From Propionibacterium freudenreichii subsp. freudenreichii (GTDB lineage Bacteria; Actinomycetota; Actinomycetes; Propionibacteriales; Propionibacteriaceae), in assembly GCF_000940845.1 (NCBI RefSeq), contig NZ_CP010341.1, positions 2,580,001 to 2,612,000 of the forward strand: a DNA stretch of 32,000 nucleotides, in the 5' to 3' direction. Both the position numbers and the translations under genes were made by a program. Positions within the stretch are counted from its first letter, which is position 1; every line of letters begins with the position of its first letter. This document shows positions 6,901 to 15,698 of the stretch, in pieces. The notes below the pieces were generated by a model. It had not been told where the DNA came from, did no database searches, and saw only the letters and a list, made by a program, of their open reading frames with translations.

Positions 6901-8102
6901 CTATGCGTCGCGCGACTGGCGCCGCAGCTCGGCGAAGTACAGGCGCTCGAAGACCACGAGTACGACGAGCACCATCGTCACCGCCGCCAGTCCCCCGAGG
7001 GCGGGCAGCCTGATGATCGCGGGCGCGAGCCCCACCAGGATGACCAGGGCACAGGCACGCGCGACGTTCCTGGCGCGCTGCACGCGGAGGTCAAAGATTA
7101 GGTGCCCGATGAGGTGGAGCGCCACGCCACCCACGAGGCACAGGCCGTAGAACGCACCGAGGGACTCGTCCGTGCCGGCCAGGCGCAGGGCACCCTCCAC
7201 GCCGACCGCCGCGAGGAGGACCCCGCAACCAGGGGAAAGTGGCCATAGACGTAGGCCTCAAAGGCGATGCGGATACGTTCGGTGCCCGCCAACTCGGCAA
7301 CGCGTCGCCCCGTGGCCGCCGCCACGAGATCGAAGTAGAGCCACCACAGGCAGATCGCGAGCACGACACCCAGCCCGGCCGCCAGCAGCAGCGGGATCGT
7401 GAGCGGATGCTCCCCGGCCCCGACCCCGACGGCCACCAGCGATTCGCCCAGGACGATCAGCACGAACAGCTCGAAGCGCTCCGTCCAATGGGAGGCGCTG
7501 TAGATGCGCCAACTCCCGTGCCGCGACGTGAGGTAGACCGACAGCCACTCCCCCAGCATTGCGATGGCGAACAATGCGGTCTGCGCCTGCCCGCCCACCA
7601 CGACGCCGATCACCAGCAGCACGGCCTGCACGAGCAGTGGCAACCGGGAAATGGCGATCTGCCGGCGCAGTCCGGCGTCATCCCGGGCGGCGATCGTGTA
7701 GACGACGAGATGAACCAGCCGCACGAACAGATACGCACTCACCAGGACGACGGGCCCGGGCAGCCCCTCGCCGGCGCTGTCCCATGCCGACGGAATCGCC
7801 AGGGCTATGACGAAGACGCCGACGAGTGCGAGGCCGAACCCGACCGCGCCGAGTCCGACATCGGCGCGCAGCTGGTTCCCCAGCCAGACGAACGTGCACC
7901 AGGTCCACCACAGCATCCCGAACAGGATCAGGCCGTGCGGCACCCCCTCGGCACCGTGCTCGTGGGAGATGAGGTCGGTGACCTGGGTGACGGCGAACAC
8001 GTACACGAGGTCGAAGAACAGCTCGAAGGTCGTGGCCCCCTCACCCGCGTGTGGACGAGCGTGCCGCAGCCCCCGCGCCCGGGCAGGTAATGCACCATCC
8101 AT
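6901..8102 (-). pseudogene. ltrA: Low-temperature-requirement protein A (LtrA) family membrane protein, interrupted by a 1-nt frameshift
   Basis: The 7098-8102 ORF carries the LtrA-type N-terminus 'FELFFDLVYVFAVTQ' and multiple TM segments, but turns into non-hydrophobic nonsense after 'AYVYGHFPLVAG'. The hydrophobic continuation ('VLLAAVGVEGALRLAG...LVVLVVFERLYFAELRRQ') lies in the frame of ORF 6901-7200. The frames join if one base is added to the C4/G4 run at 7221-7224, giving about 400 aa. Confidence 0.7.
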
Positions 8103-8468
8103 GCTCGAATCCCCTCATCCAGATGAACACTCGATCGCCGGCCGTTCAATTTCCGGTAACAAGAATAATCGGGGCCCAGAATGGCGCTCGGGCAATACCA
8201 GCCGACGAGAACCCGATCACCTTGATGAAGGCGCTCATTGGTTGCACGCAATTCACCCCCGGACCGACAATGTGCGCCCGGCGCCGGGGCTGGTTCCCCG
8301 TCCGCGCCTGGCACATGCAGCACCAACAGGCTCGTGGCTACGCGTTACACCACCGCCCCGGGCGCCCCCCATGCCACCCTGAGTGACGGCATTGCCGCCC
8401 GCGTGCCACGGCGGGAAGGCCACCACCCGGGCATTCCGGGCGCATCCATCGCATGGCATAATCGCCGC

Positions 8469-8705
8469 ATGAATGACATCGTGGCAAACCTCACGGCACA
8501 ACCGATCCTCGGGGTCGGCACCGTGCTGTTCGTTATTGGCCTCGGGTTTGCCGTGCTCTTCGGATTGTCCTTCCGAATTCGGGCGGTGCTCAACAAGCGG
8601 GCGTGGAACGGGCCGACGCGTCCCTTCTTCTTCCTCATGTTGCTGACGCTGATTCCGGGCATCGCCCTCATCGGGCTCCAGCTCTGGCTGAACCAGGGCC
8701 ACTAG
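8469..8705 (+). CDS. Small two-TM membrane protein (hypothetical)
   Basis: ATG at 8469 within ORF 8238-8705. 'MNDIVANLTAQPILGVGTVLFVIGLGFAVLFGL...FFFLMLLTLIPGIALIGLQLWL' gives two clear hydrophobic helices. The region upstream in the ORF is R/P/A-rich nonsense. Confidence 0.4.
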   Translation: MNDIVANLTAQPILGVGTVLFVIGLGFAVLFGLSFRIRAVLNKRAWNGPTRPFFFLMLLTLIPGIALIGLQLWLNQGH

Positions 8706-8760
8706 CCGCCGCCACATCGGGCGGCGCCCACCATGGGCGCTCGGCACGCGGCCGCGCAGT

Positions 8761-8797
8761 GGGCGGGTCGCGCGCCACCCGGGCGCGCAACCCGCCC
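8761..8797. terminator. GC-rich hairpin between convergent genes (putative bidirectional terminator)
   Basis: GGGCGGGTCGCGCGCC (8761-8776) pairs with GGCGCGCAACCCGCCC (8782-8797): a 16-bp stem with one mismatch. It lies between the stops at 8705 (+) and 8806 (-). Confidence 0.4.
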
Positions 8798-8805
8798 CAC
8801 ATGCG

Positions 8806-10020
8806 TCAGCCCTCGGTCACCGAACCCAGGATCACCGACAGTTCGGCGAAGCCACTGGCCGGATAGCTGGCGTACTGCGACGTGGCCGCACGGTCGGGCG
8901 TGATCGTGCCGGTTGCCGCCAGCAATTCCTGGGTGAGCATGCGCAGCTCGAGGCGCGCCAACGGCGCACCCGGGCAGACGTGGATCCCGGCCCCGTAGAG
9001 CAGGTTGTCCTCGCGCGGACGATCAAGGCGGAACTCATTGGGATCGCCGAACACGTCCTCGTCGCGGTTGGCCGATGCCCACAGGATCGTCAAGCGCTCC
9101 CCCGGCTCAAACTGGCGTCCGCCGATCTCGGTGGGCTCGGCCACCACGCGACGGTTCGAGATGAGTGGCGGATGAATGCGCAGGATCTCGTCCACCGCAT
9201 CGTCGAGCGTGGCAGGCGAGCCGGCCTTGGCACGCATCAGGCTCTGCACATCGGGATGTTCGGCAAGGTGGTCGACGACGATGCCCGCGGCGGCCGAGAT
9301 GGTGCTCAGCTCGCCCACCGTCCAGTTGCGCAGGATCGACACCAACTCGCCGTCATTCAGCACTCGGCCGTCGACCTGCTCCTTCATCAGGCGGGTGGTC
9401 AGGTCGTCCGGGGCGGCGTCGCCCATGGCGCGTCGCTTGTCGAGCAGGCCGGTGATGTAGCCATCGAACTGCTCGGCCACGGCGGCGGTGGCGGCCCGGT
9501 CGCCGGACGCGGTGGCCCGGCGGTTGCTCAGCGTCCACTCACGCAACGGTTCGCGCAGGCGCTCCGGCCATCCCAGGTAGGCCGACTGCACCTGCAGGGC
9601 GAAGGGCTCGGCCAGGTCGTTGACGATGTCGGCCGGCTTGTCGCGGGGCAGCGCGGCGATCAGGTCCGCGGCGATCGCCCGGCAGGCCGGCTCGAACGCA
9701 TCCACGACCTCCTGGGTGAAGTAGCGGTCGACGATCGTGCGGTACACGGTGTGTTCAGGCGGGTCCATGCCGTTGGGCACCGCGACGTGCTTCGAGACGA
9801 CCGCGGAGAAGGTGCGGGTCTGGGTGGCGGCGCGCAACACATCGTCGTGGCGCAACAACGACCAGCCCATCTGCTCGCTGTGGGCCACGGGGCACCGGGC
9901 GCGCAGCGCGTCGTAGGCGGCGATCTGGTTGTCCAGCACCTCGGGGGCGCGAGGATCCCATTCGTACGACTGCGGTTCGTGCGGGGCGGGGTTGTCGCGA
10001 GAGGGAGTGTCGGAAGTCAT
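8806..10020 (-). CDS. Cytochrome P450
   Basis: Heme-thiolate loop 'YGAGIHVCPGAPLARLE' (FxxGxxxCxG type), 'ILRIHPP' (ExxR region) and an overall length of ~400 aa. The ATG at 10020 ('MTSDTPSRD') is preferred over the ORF-track start at 10068. Confidence 0.9.
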   Translation of the reverse strand: MTSDTPSRDNPAPHEPQSYEWDPRAPEVLDNQIAAYDALRARCPVAHSEQMGWSLLRHDDVLRAATQTRTFSAVVSKHVAVPNGMDPPEHTVYRTIVDRYFTQEVVDAFEPACRAIAADLIAALPRDKPADIVNDLAEPFALQVQSAYLGWPERLREPLREWTLSNRRATASGDRAATAAVAEQFDGYITGLLDKRRAMGDAAPDDLTTRLMKEQVDGRVLNDGELVSILRNWTVGELSTISAAAGIVVDHLAEHPDVQSLMRAKAGSPATLDDAVDEILRIHPPLISNRRVVAEPTEIGGRQFEPGERLTILWASANRDEDVFGDPNEFRLDRPREDNLLYGAGIHVCPGAPLARLELRMLTQELLAATGTITPDRAATSQYASYPASGFAELSVILGSVTEG

Positions 10021-10278
10021 TGCCGGGCCTTTCGGGGTGGAGGTGAACAGGCACAGGTCGTATGTCACCCGCCACGTGGGGTCGCCCAGCTAGCGCGACG
10101 GGCCGGGCTTCCGGCCACGCGTGCTCCCATGGCGCCCCCACGTCGCGGCGACACATCTACTGGGACGCTATAGCGGCGTTGGGGCAGCGTCAACGGATGG
10201 ACGACGCCCGTCGGCAGATCAGCCGCGGGGACTCTCCGGGCACCCGGCGCCTCGGCCTCCCCAGGAAAGCTGTTGGGT

Positions 10279-10314
10279 GGTCAGTTGTGCGGCTATGACG
10301 CCGCACAACTGACC
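10279..10314. repeat. Hairpin repeat family 2, perfect copy (also a likely terminator for the aldo/keto reductase gene)
   Basis: GGTCAGTTGTGCGGC-tatgac-GCCGCACAACTGACC forms a perfect 15-bp stem. The core CAGTTGTGCGGC.ATGACGCCGCACA is shared with 26187-26239 and 26401-26453. It sits 39 nt downstream of the minus-strand stop at 10353. Confidence 0.75.
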
Positions 10315-10352
10315 AGCTTGGGGGTTCCCCAGCCGGCGCCCGGGCGCGACGC

Positions 10353-11216
10353 TTACTTGCCGCTGTACACGGGGAACTTGGTGTACTTGCCGTAGTCCGT
10401 CTGGTCGAGCCCGCGCAGCGTGGCCATGTCGTCGTCCGAGATCACGAAGTCGACCTGCGCGTTGGCGCGCATGTGGTCGGGGTTGGCGGTCTTCGGCAGC
10501 GGCACGGTGCCCAGCTGCAGGGCGTAGCGGATCGACAGCTGCGGCACGGTGACGTGGTTGTCCTCGGCGATGTCGCGCACGCGCTCGTTGCCCATCATCT
10601 CGCCGTGGGCCATGGGCGAATAGGCCTCCACGAGGATGTCCTTCGACGTGCAGTAGTCGATGAGTTCCTGGGGCGTATTGCCGATGTGCACCAACAGCTG
10701 GTTCACCTGCGGCGCCACCTGGGCCGAACCCAGGATGTTGTCGACGTCCTCCTTCAGGAAGTTCGAGATGCCGATCGAGCGAACCTTGCCCTCGTGGTGG
10801 GCCTTCTCCAGCGCACGCCATGCCTCCCGGTTGCCCTCGTCGTAGTTGCCGCCGCGGAAGTCGTTCCAGGGCTGCGGGCTGTGGATCATCATGAGGTCGA
10901 CGTAGTCCAGGCCGAGCTTGGCCAGCGAGCCGTCGATCGCGGCAACCGCCTGGTCGAAGTCCTTGATCTCGGCGGCCAGCTTGGTGGAGACGAACAGTTG
11001 GTCACGGGCGACATCGGCGGTGCGCACGCCCTCGCCGACGCCCTGCTCGTTGCCGTAGGCCTGGGCGGTATCGATATTGCGGTAGCCGATCTGCACGGCA
11101 TCACGCACCGCCTGGGCGGCCCGGTCATCGTCGATGAACCATGTGCCCAATCCGAGCTTGGGGATCTTCTCGCCATTGGACAGGTCAAATGTCTCGTTCA
11201 GGATCATGGTTCGCAT
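10353..11216 (-). CDS. Aldo/keto reductase (2,5-diketo-D-gluconate reductase-like)
   Basis: 'IPKLGLGTWF', 'IDTAQAYGNEQGVG', 'LFVSTKL', 'VRSIGISNF' and 'LPKTANPDHMRAN' are typical AKR motifs. The start is ATG 11216 ('MRTMILNE'), or ATG 11207, which has better spacing to the GAAGGA Shine-Dalgarno sequence. Confidence 0.9.
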   Translation of the reverse strand: MRTMILNETFDLSNGEKIPKLGLGTWFIDDDRAAQAVRDAVQIGYRNIDTAQAYGNEQGVGEGVRTADVARDQLFVSTKLAAEIKDFDQAVAAIDGSLAKLGLDYVDLMMIHSPQPWNDFRGGNYDEGNREAWRALEKAHHEGKVRSIGISNFLKEDVDNILGSAQVAPQVNQLLVHIGNTPQELIDYCTSKDILVEAYSPMAHGEMMGNERVRDIAEDNHVTVPQLSIRYALQLGTVPLPKTANPDHMRANAQVDFVISDDDMATLRGLDQTDYGKYTKFPVYSGK

Positions 11217-11414
11217 TCCTTCTTCTTGGGGTTTCTGGCTCGTGAGGGCGTATCTGGGCTTGTCAGGGTCTAGTTGGTCGGGGAACTGGCGGCGTGCCGG
11301 ACGCGACGAGTGCGCGCGTCGGCAGGTGCTCGCGTCGACTGGCAGGGACGTCACGGGGGTGCGCGCCTCCACCAGCATCAACCACGCGGACGCGCCACAT
11401 CATCCCCGGCGCGC

Positions 11415-12458
11415 TCACTGGGCCTGCCAATGGGGCAGGAACTCACCGTCGGCCTTGCGGCAGGTCACTGCCGTGCCGTCGCTGGCGGTGCCCGTGGAGC
11501 CCTCGTCCAAGCAGATGCCGCCCACCTTCGTGGACCCCACCTGGCTGGTGGCCTGCGACCAGGCGCTGCCGATCGGATTGCCGCCCGTGACGGTGACCGT
11601 CGGGCCGGGCGCGGTCGTGGTGGTGGTCACCGGGGGTGCCGTGACGGTGTTGGTCGTCGTGGTGGTGGCGGTCACCGTGGGCGAGGGCGACGACGATCCG
11701 CCCAGGCCCACCGCCCCCACGACGGTGCCGACGACCAATGCGAGGATCACGAGCAGCACCCACACGATGCGGCGTCCGGTCTTGTTGGACCCGCCGTTGC
11801 CCTGCGGCTCGGGGCCGGTGGGCTCCTGGTAGCCGGTGCCCGGATAGTTCGGTGGGCCGGGATAGTCGGGGCCCGACGGATAGCCGCCCCGGCCGGAGTA
11901 GTTCCCCCGGTCGGAATACTGTGCGCCGCCGTAACCCGCACCGGCCTCGACGCCGGGCAGCACCTTGGTGGGTTCCGGGCCGCCCTGCGAGGACGACGCC
12001 CGGTAACCCTCGGAATAGGGGTCATCGCGATAGCCACTGCGGTAGGGGTCACCCGGGTAGCCGGCGGCGCTGAGCGGGACGGTCGGATCGGCCGGTTGGC
12101 CATTGACCGGCCCGGAGAACGGACGCGTCGGCTCATCCGAAGGCAGGCTCACCGTCGGATCAGCCGGATAACCATTCACCGGCCCCGAAAACGGACGCGT
12201 CGGCTCATCCGAAGGCAGGCTCACCGTCGGATCAGCCGGATAACCATTCACCGGCCCCGAAAACGGACGCGTCGGCTCATCCGAAGGCAGGCTCACCGTC
12301 GGTTCGTTCGGCGCGGGGATGTACACCGTCGGCTCGGCATCGTCGTTCGACGGATCCCGTCCACCCACCGGCGGGAGCTGCATGGTGCGCTCCACGTCGG
12401 TCTCGTCATCGCGGCGACGATGACGCGGATCGTGATCCCGCGGCGTCCCCTGCGTCAT
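11415..12458 (-). CDS. Membrane-anchored Pro/Gly/Tyr-rich protein with three 24-aa tandem repeats and a Thr-rich linker
   Basis: ATG at 12458 ('MTQGTPRDH'). The unit 'PTVSLPSDEPTRPFSGPVNGYPAD' repeats 3 times. There is a single TM segment 'IVWVLLVILALVVGTVVGAV', then 'TVTATTTTTNTVTAPPVTTTTTAPGPTVTV' and a C-terminal Cys pair. No family was recognised. Confidence 0.6.
   Translation of the reverse strand: MTQGTPRDHDPRHRRRDDETDVERTMQLPPVGGRDPSNDDAEPTVYIPAPNEPTVSLPSDEPTRPFSGPVNGYPADPTVSLPSDEPTRPFSGPVNGYPADPTVSLPSDEPTRPFSGPVNGQPADPTVPLSAAGYPGDPYRSGYRDDPYSEGYRASSSQGGPEPTKVLPGVEAGAGYGGAQYSDRGNYSGRGGYPSGPDYPGPPNYPGTGYQEPTGPEPQGNGGSNKTGRRIVWVLLVILALVVGTVVGAVGLGGSSSPSPTVTATTTTTNTVTAPPVTTTTTAPGPTVTVTGGNPIGSAWSQATSQVGSTKVGGICLDEGSTGTASDGTAVTCRKADGEFLPHWQAQ
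12100..12302. repeat. 72-bp tandem repeat, ~2.8 copies, inside the Pro-rich protein gene
   Basis: Units start at 12100, 12172 and 12244. Units 2 and 3 are identical over the ~59 nt they share, and unit 1 differs at a few positions. The period is a multiple of 3, so the repeat is in-frame. Confidence 0.9.
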
Positions 12459-12767
12459 CGCGTTCCCCCATGTCTCGGATTGCCTGATGCCCTTCGCTGG
12501 CACTGCGCACCGCGGCGTGGCCTCCGCCCGTGGCGTGGCCCCTTGCGTGCGGTGCGCACCCCACCACTCTAGGGACGGCCGGGGAAGCCGCGCCTGTGGC
12601 GAGGGTCGCAGGAAACCCTGAAATGCCTTGATCCCGGGACCCGACCGGGGACGGCGGTGCACCGGACAAGACACGCGTTAGGGTGTGCCATCCACGATGC
12701 AGATGACTCATATGACGTGATGGACTGGGGATGAGCGGGTATCCGGGCCGCGCACCACGCCGCCCGC

Positions 12768-14561
12768 TCACCCAACCAGCAGCCACACGCAGCGATCGGG
12801 CTGCAGCTGGCCGTCGATCACCGATCCGGGGCTGCTCTCGAGCAGCAGGGCCCGGTCGCGCGTCGCCTGATCCCCCGACGCCTGGTCACCCAGCACGTGG
12901 TCTCCCAGCGGCTGGGGTGAGCGCGACATGTTCACCACCACGCGCACCTCGCCATTGGTGAAGTCGAGCACGCCCGGGTCCGCCTCGTTCCAGTGCATCC
13001 TGCCGGTACCCAGCCGATGGGTGCGCCGCAGGTCGATCGCCGCGCGGTACATCTCCAGCGTCGATCCGGGATGTCCGCGCTGCTCGTTGGCCGCGTAATC
13101 GGCGAAGCTGGCCGGTTGGGGCAGCCAACTCCTGCCCGAGGGGCTGAACCCGAAGGCGGGCGCCCCCGAGTCCCACGGCAACGGCACGCGGGCACCATCA
13201 CGTCCGATCACGGCACCGGCGGTGCGCAGGAACTCCGGGTCCTGGCGCACCTCGGGCGCAAGGTCGGTGACCTCCGGCAGGCCGAGCTCCTCGCCCTGGT
13301 AGAGATAGGCGCTGCCGGGCAGCGCAAGCATGCCCAGCGTGGCGGCCCGGGCGCGCGACAGGCCCAGTTCGTCGTCGGGCTTCGGGTCGTCGGGGCCGAT
13401 CCCATTGGTCCAGCTGGGGGCCGGGGCCCCCTGGTCGGACGCCGGCACGGGATATCCCAACCGGGATGCGTGGCGCACCACATCGTGGTTCGACAGCACC
13501 CACGTGGTCGTGGCGCCGACCGCATCATTGGCGCCCAAGGCGTCGTCGATCGCGTGGCGCACCGCCCCCGCGTCCCAACCGGCCATCAGGTAGCCGAAGC
13601 TGAATGCCTGCTGCATCTCGTCGGGACGCACGTACAGCGCGCGTCGCGTGGCGTCGGCCACCCAGGCCTCGGCCACGAGCATGCGGTCGCCGCCGAAGCC
13701 CTCGAGCACCCGGTGCCAGCCGCGGTAGATGTCGTGCACGCCGGGCTGGTCCCAGCGCGGATCATCAAGGCGCGACAGGGCGTCATGCTCGCCGGAGGCC
13801 ACATCGGGCAGGCCCTGCTGCTTCACCAGGCCGTGTGCCACGTCGACGCGGAAGCCGTCGACGCCACGGTTCAACCAGAAGCGCAGGATGTCCTGGAACT
13901 CGTCGATCACCTCGGGGTTGTCCCAGTTGAGGTCGGGCTGGCCGGCGTCGAACAGGTGCAGGTACCACTGGGGATTCGCCGTGCCGTCGTCGACGCGCGT
14001 CCAGGCCGGCCCGCCGAACTGCGAGGGCCAGTTGTTGGGCGACAACTCGCCGTGCTCGCCGCGTCCGTCACGGAAGACATAGCGGTTGCGCTCGCGGCTG
14101 CCGGGCGCCGCGGCGAGGGCCGCGGTGAACCACACGTGCTTGCTGCTGGTGTGGTTGGGCACCAGGTCGATCACCACCCGCAGTCCGCGTTGGTGCGCGC
14201 CGGCCAGCAGCGCGTCGAAGTCATCAAGGGTGCCGAACAGCGGATCGACGTCACGGTAATCGGCCACGTCATAGCCGGCGTCGGCCTGCGGCGAGGGGAA
14301 GAACGGACTCAGCCACACCGCGTCGACGCCCAGCGCCTCCAGGTCGCCCAGGTGTTCGCGCACACCACCCAGGTCGCCCATGCCGTCGCCATCCGAATCG
14401 GCGAAGGAACGCGGATAGACCTGGTAGATCACCGCGTCGCGCCACCACGCCTTCGATGGGTCCGCCACGGATTGCCGGGCCACGGGCTGCTTGCCCGCAG
14501 ATTGCCGGGCGGTGGGACGCCCGTTCGAACCTGCTGATGGAGTGGACATACTCACGGTCAC
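12768..14561 (-). CDS. GH13 alpha-glucosidase / oligo-1,6-glucosidase-type glycoside hydrolase
   Basis: 'WWRDAVIYQVYPRSFADSDGDGMGDLGG', 'VIDLVPNHTS', 'GVDGFRVDVAHG', 'LVAEAW' and 'VLSNHDVVR' correspond to GH13 conserved regions I-IV. The ORF-track start is GTG 14561; ATG 14549, with AGGAAG upstream, is an alternative. Confidence 0.9.
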   Translation of the reverse strand: MTVSMSTPSAGSNGRPTARQSAGKQPVARQSVADPSKAWWRDAVIYQVYPRSFADSDGDGMGDLGGVREHLGDLEALGVDAVWLSPFFPSPQADAGYDVADYRDVDPLFGTLDDFDALLAGAHQRGLRVVIDLVPNHTSSKHVWFTAALAAAPGSRERNRYVFRDGRGEHGELSPNNWPSQFGGPAWTRVDDGTANPQWYLHLFDAGQPDLNWDNPEVIDEFQDILRFWLNRGVDGFRVDVAHGLVKQQGLPDVASGEHDALSRLDDPRWDQPGVHDIYRGWHRVLEGFGGDRMLVAEAWVADATRRALYVRPDEMQQAFSFGYLMAGWDAGAVRHAIDDALGANDAVGATTTWVLSNHDVVRHASRLGYPVPASDQGAPAPSWTNGIGPDDPKPDDELGLSRARAATLGMLALPGSAYLYQGEELGLPEVTDLAPEVRQDPEFLRTAGAVIGRDGARVPLPWDSGAPAFGFSPSGRSWLPQPASFADYAANEQRGHPGSTLEMYRAAIDLRRTHRLGTGRMHWNEADPGVLDFTNGEVRVVVNMSRSPQPLGDHVLGDQASGDQATRDRALLLESSPGSVIDGQLQPDRCVWLLVG

Positions 14562-14613
14562 TTCCTGATGGACGCCTGGACAGCCACACTAGCCGCGGCA
14601 CCCAGCAGCAGCG

Positions 14614-15234
14614 TCAGGGCGTGGGCGAGGGGACGGCCGCAGAGGCCGGGGCACCCTTGGCGGGTGAGGATGCCGGCGCGGAGGGCTCGGCGTTCTCCTC
14701 GGGCGTGGGAGTGGGCGTCGGCGTCTCATCGACGTTGAGCGTGCCCATCACCTTCCACTCGCCACCCTGCTCGGCCATCACGGCGGCGTAGGGGGTGGCG
14801 GCAGCGCCCGGCGTGAGCACGTCAACGCGCATCACGGCGGTCTTGTCGTCGATCTTGCGCCACGACGAGGGGTCGGGCGAGATGGTGGCGTCCGGCGGCA
14901 GAGCCGTGCCCGGATCCACGTCGAAGTAATGGCGCACCTGCGCCGACACCTGGCCCTCGGCCGGTGAGGACGGCGTGTCCTGACCAGCCCTCGGAACCGG
15001 CGCCTGGCCGTTGCCACTGGCGTCGACGCTCTGGTCGCCGCCCGATGCGTTGCTCGCGGGCTCAAGGGTGAGCAGCTGCTCGGCGGTCATGCCGGCCGCC
15101 ACCGGACGCGATTGCGCCGTGCCGGGCCCCACGGATCCGGCAACCCAGGCGGCGGAGACCCCGACGACGGCAGCCACTGCCACGCCGGCCCACACGAACC
15201 TGGCCTTGAACTTCCTCATGACGCTCGCCCGCAT
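14614..15234 (-). CDS. Secreted or membrane-anchored hypothetical protein with a Pro/Thr-rich tail
   Basis: The N-terminal signal-anchor-like segment 'MRKFKARFVWAGVAVAAVVGVSAAWVAG' starts at ATG 15219 or ATG 15234. The C-terminal tail reads 'ETPTPTPTPEENAEPSAPASSPA'. No family was recognised. Confidence 0.5.
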   Translation of the reverse strand: MRASVMRKFKARFVWAGVAVAAVVGVSAAWVAGSVGPGTAQSRPVAAGMTAEQLLTLEPASNASGGDQSVDASGNGQAPVPRAGQDTPSSPAEGQVSAQVRHYFDVDPGTALPPDATISPDPSSWRKIDDKTAVMRVDVLTPGAAATPYAAVMAEQGGEWKVMGTLNVDETPTPTPTPEENAEPSAPASSPAKGAPASAAVPSPTP

Positions 15235-15698
15235 CGCGGGACCGGGCCCTCGGCGACGAGCTCCGTCACGGCATGCCCGACGCGCACAGCACCCACGCGG
15301 GACACGAGGTCACCGTGGAGGTTCTGGGAGCAAGGACACATGACACACAGCTTAATCCATTTTTGTGGGTTTATACTCGTCGACTTTGCGCTGACGGCCA
15401 TCCTGCGCCGGGCAGCTACATCCATCCTGATGCACCTGTGATCAGCGCGGGAACCCGTCCGCGGCACCCGGGCACCCCGAAAGATGCCGGATCAGGGCGC
15501 TGACAAGGCCGTCCACCCGGCCGGACGCTGCGTGGGCAAGCCTGCGGACACCTGGGTGAACACCCGGGTGAACAACTGTGCCACCCCCGTCACCGCCCAC
15601 TGCTTGATCTGCTGCGCCACCCTTACATGGCCCGCCATCGGCCGTCGGGGGTGCCCGTTTGGCAAGCGGGCGTGCACCCGGCGCGCGGTGGCGAGACA

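Noticed and set aside
11274-12572. Long antisense or off-frame ORFs opposite real genes. Examples are 11274-12572 (+), 12993-14537 (+), 8980-10173 (+), 7239-8090 (+), 16107-17081 (-), 18941-19927 (-), 19946-20986 (-), 23955-25211 (-), 24299-25522 (+), 27313-28737 (-) and 27297-28244 (+).
   Set aside because: Their translations are dominated by R/G/P/A/H runs with no motifs, as expected for shadow ORFs in high-GC DNA. Each overlaps a strongly supported gene in another frame or on the other strand.
15235-15698. Purine (guanine/xanthine) riboswitch upstream of the NCS2 permease.
   Set aside because: The conserved purine-riboswitch core (UAUAAU...GUUUCUACC...CCGUAAA...GACUAUG) is absent from both strands of the leader.
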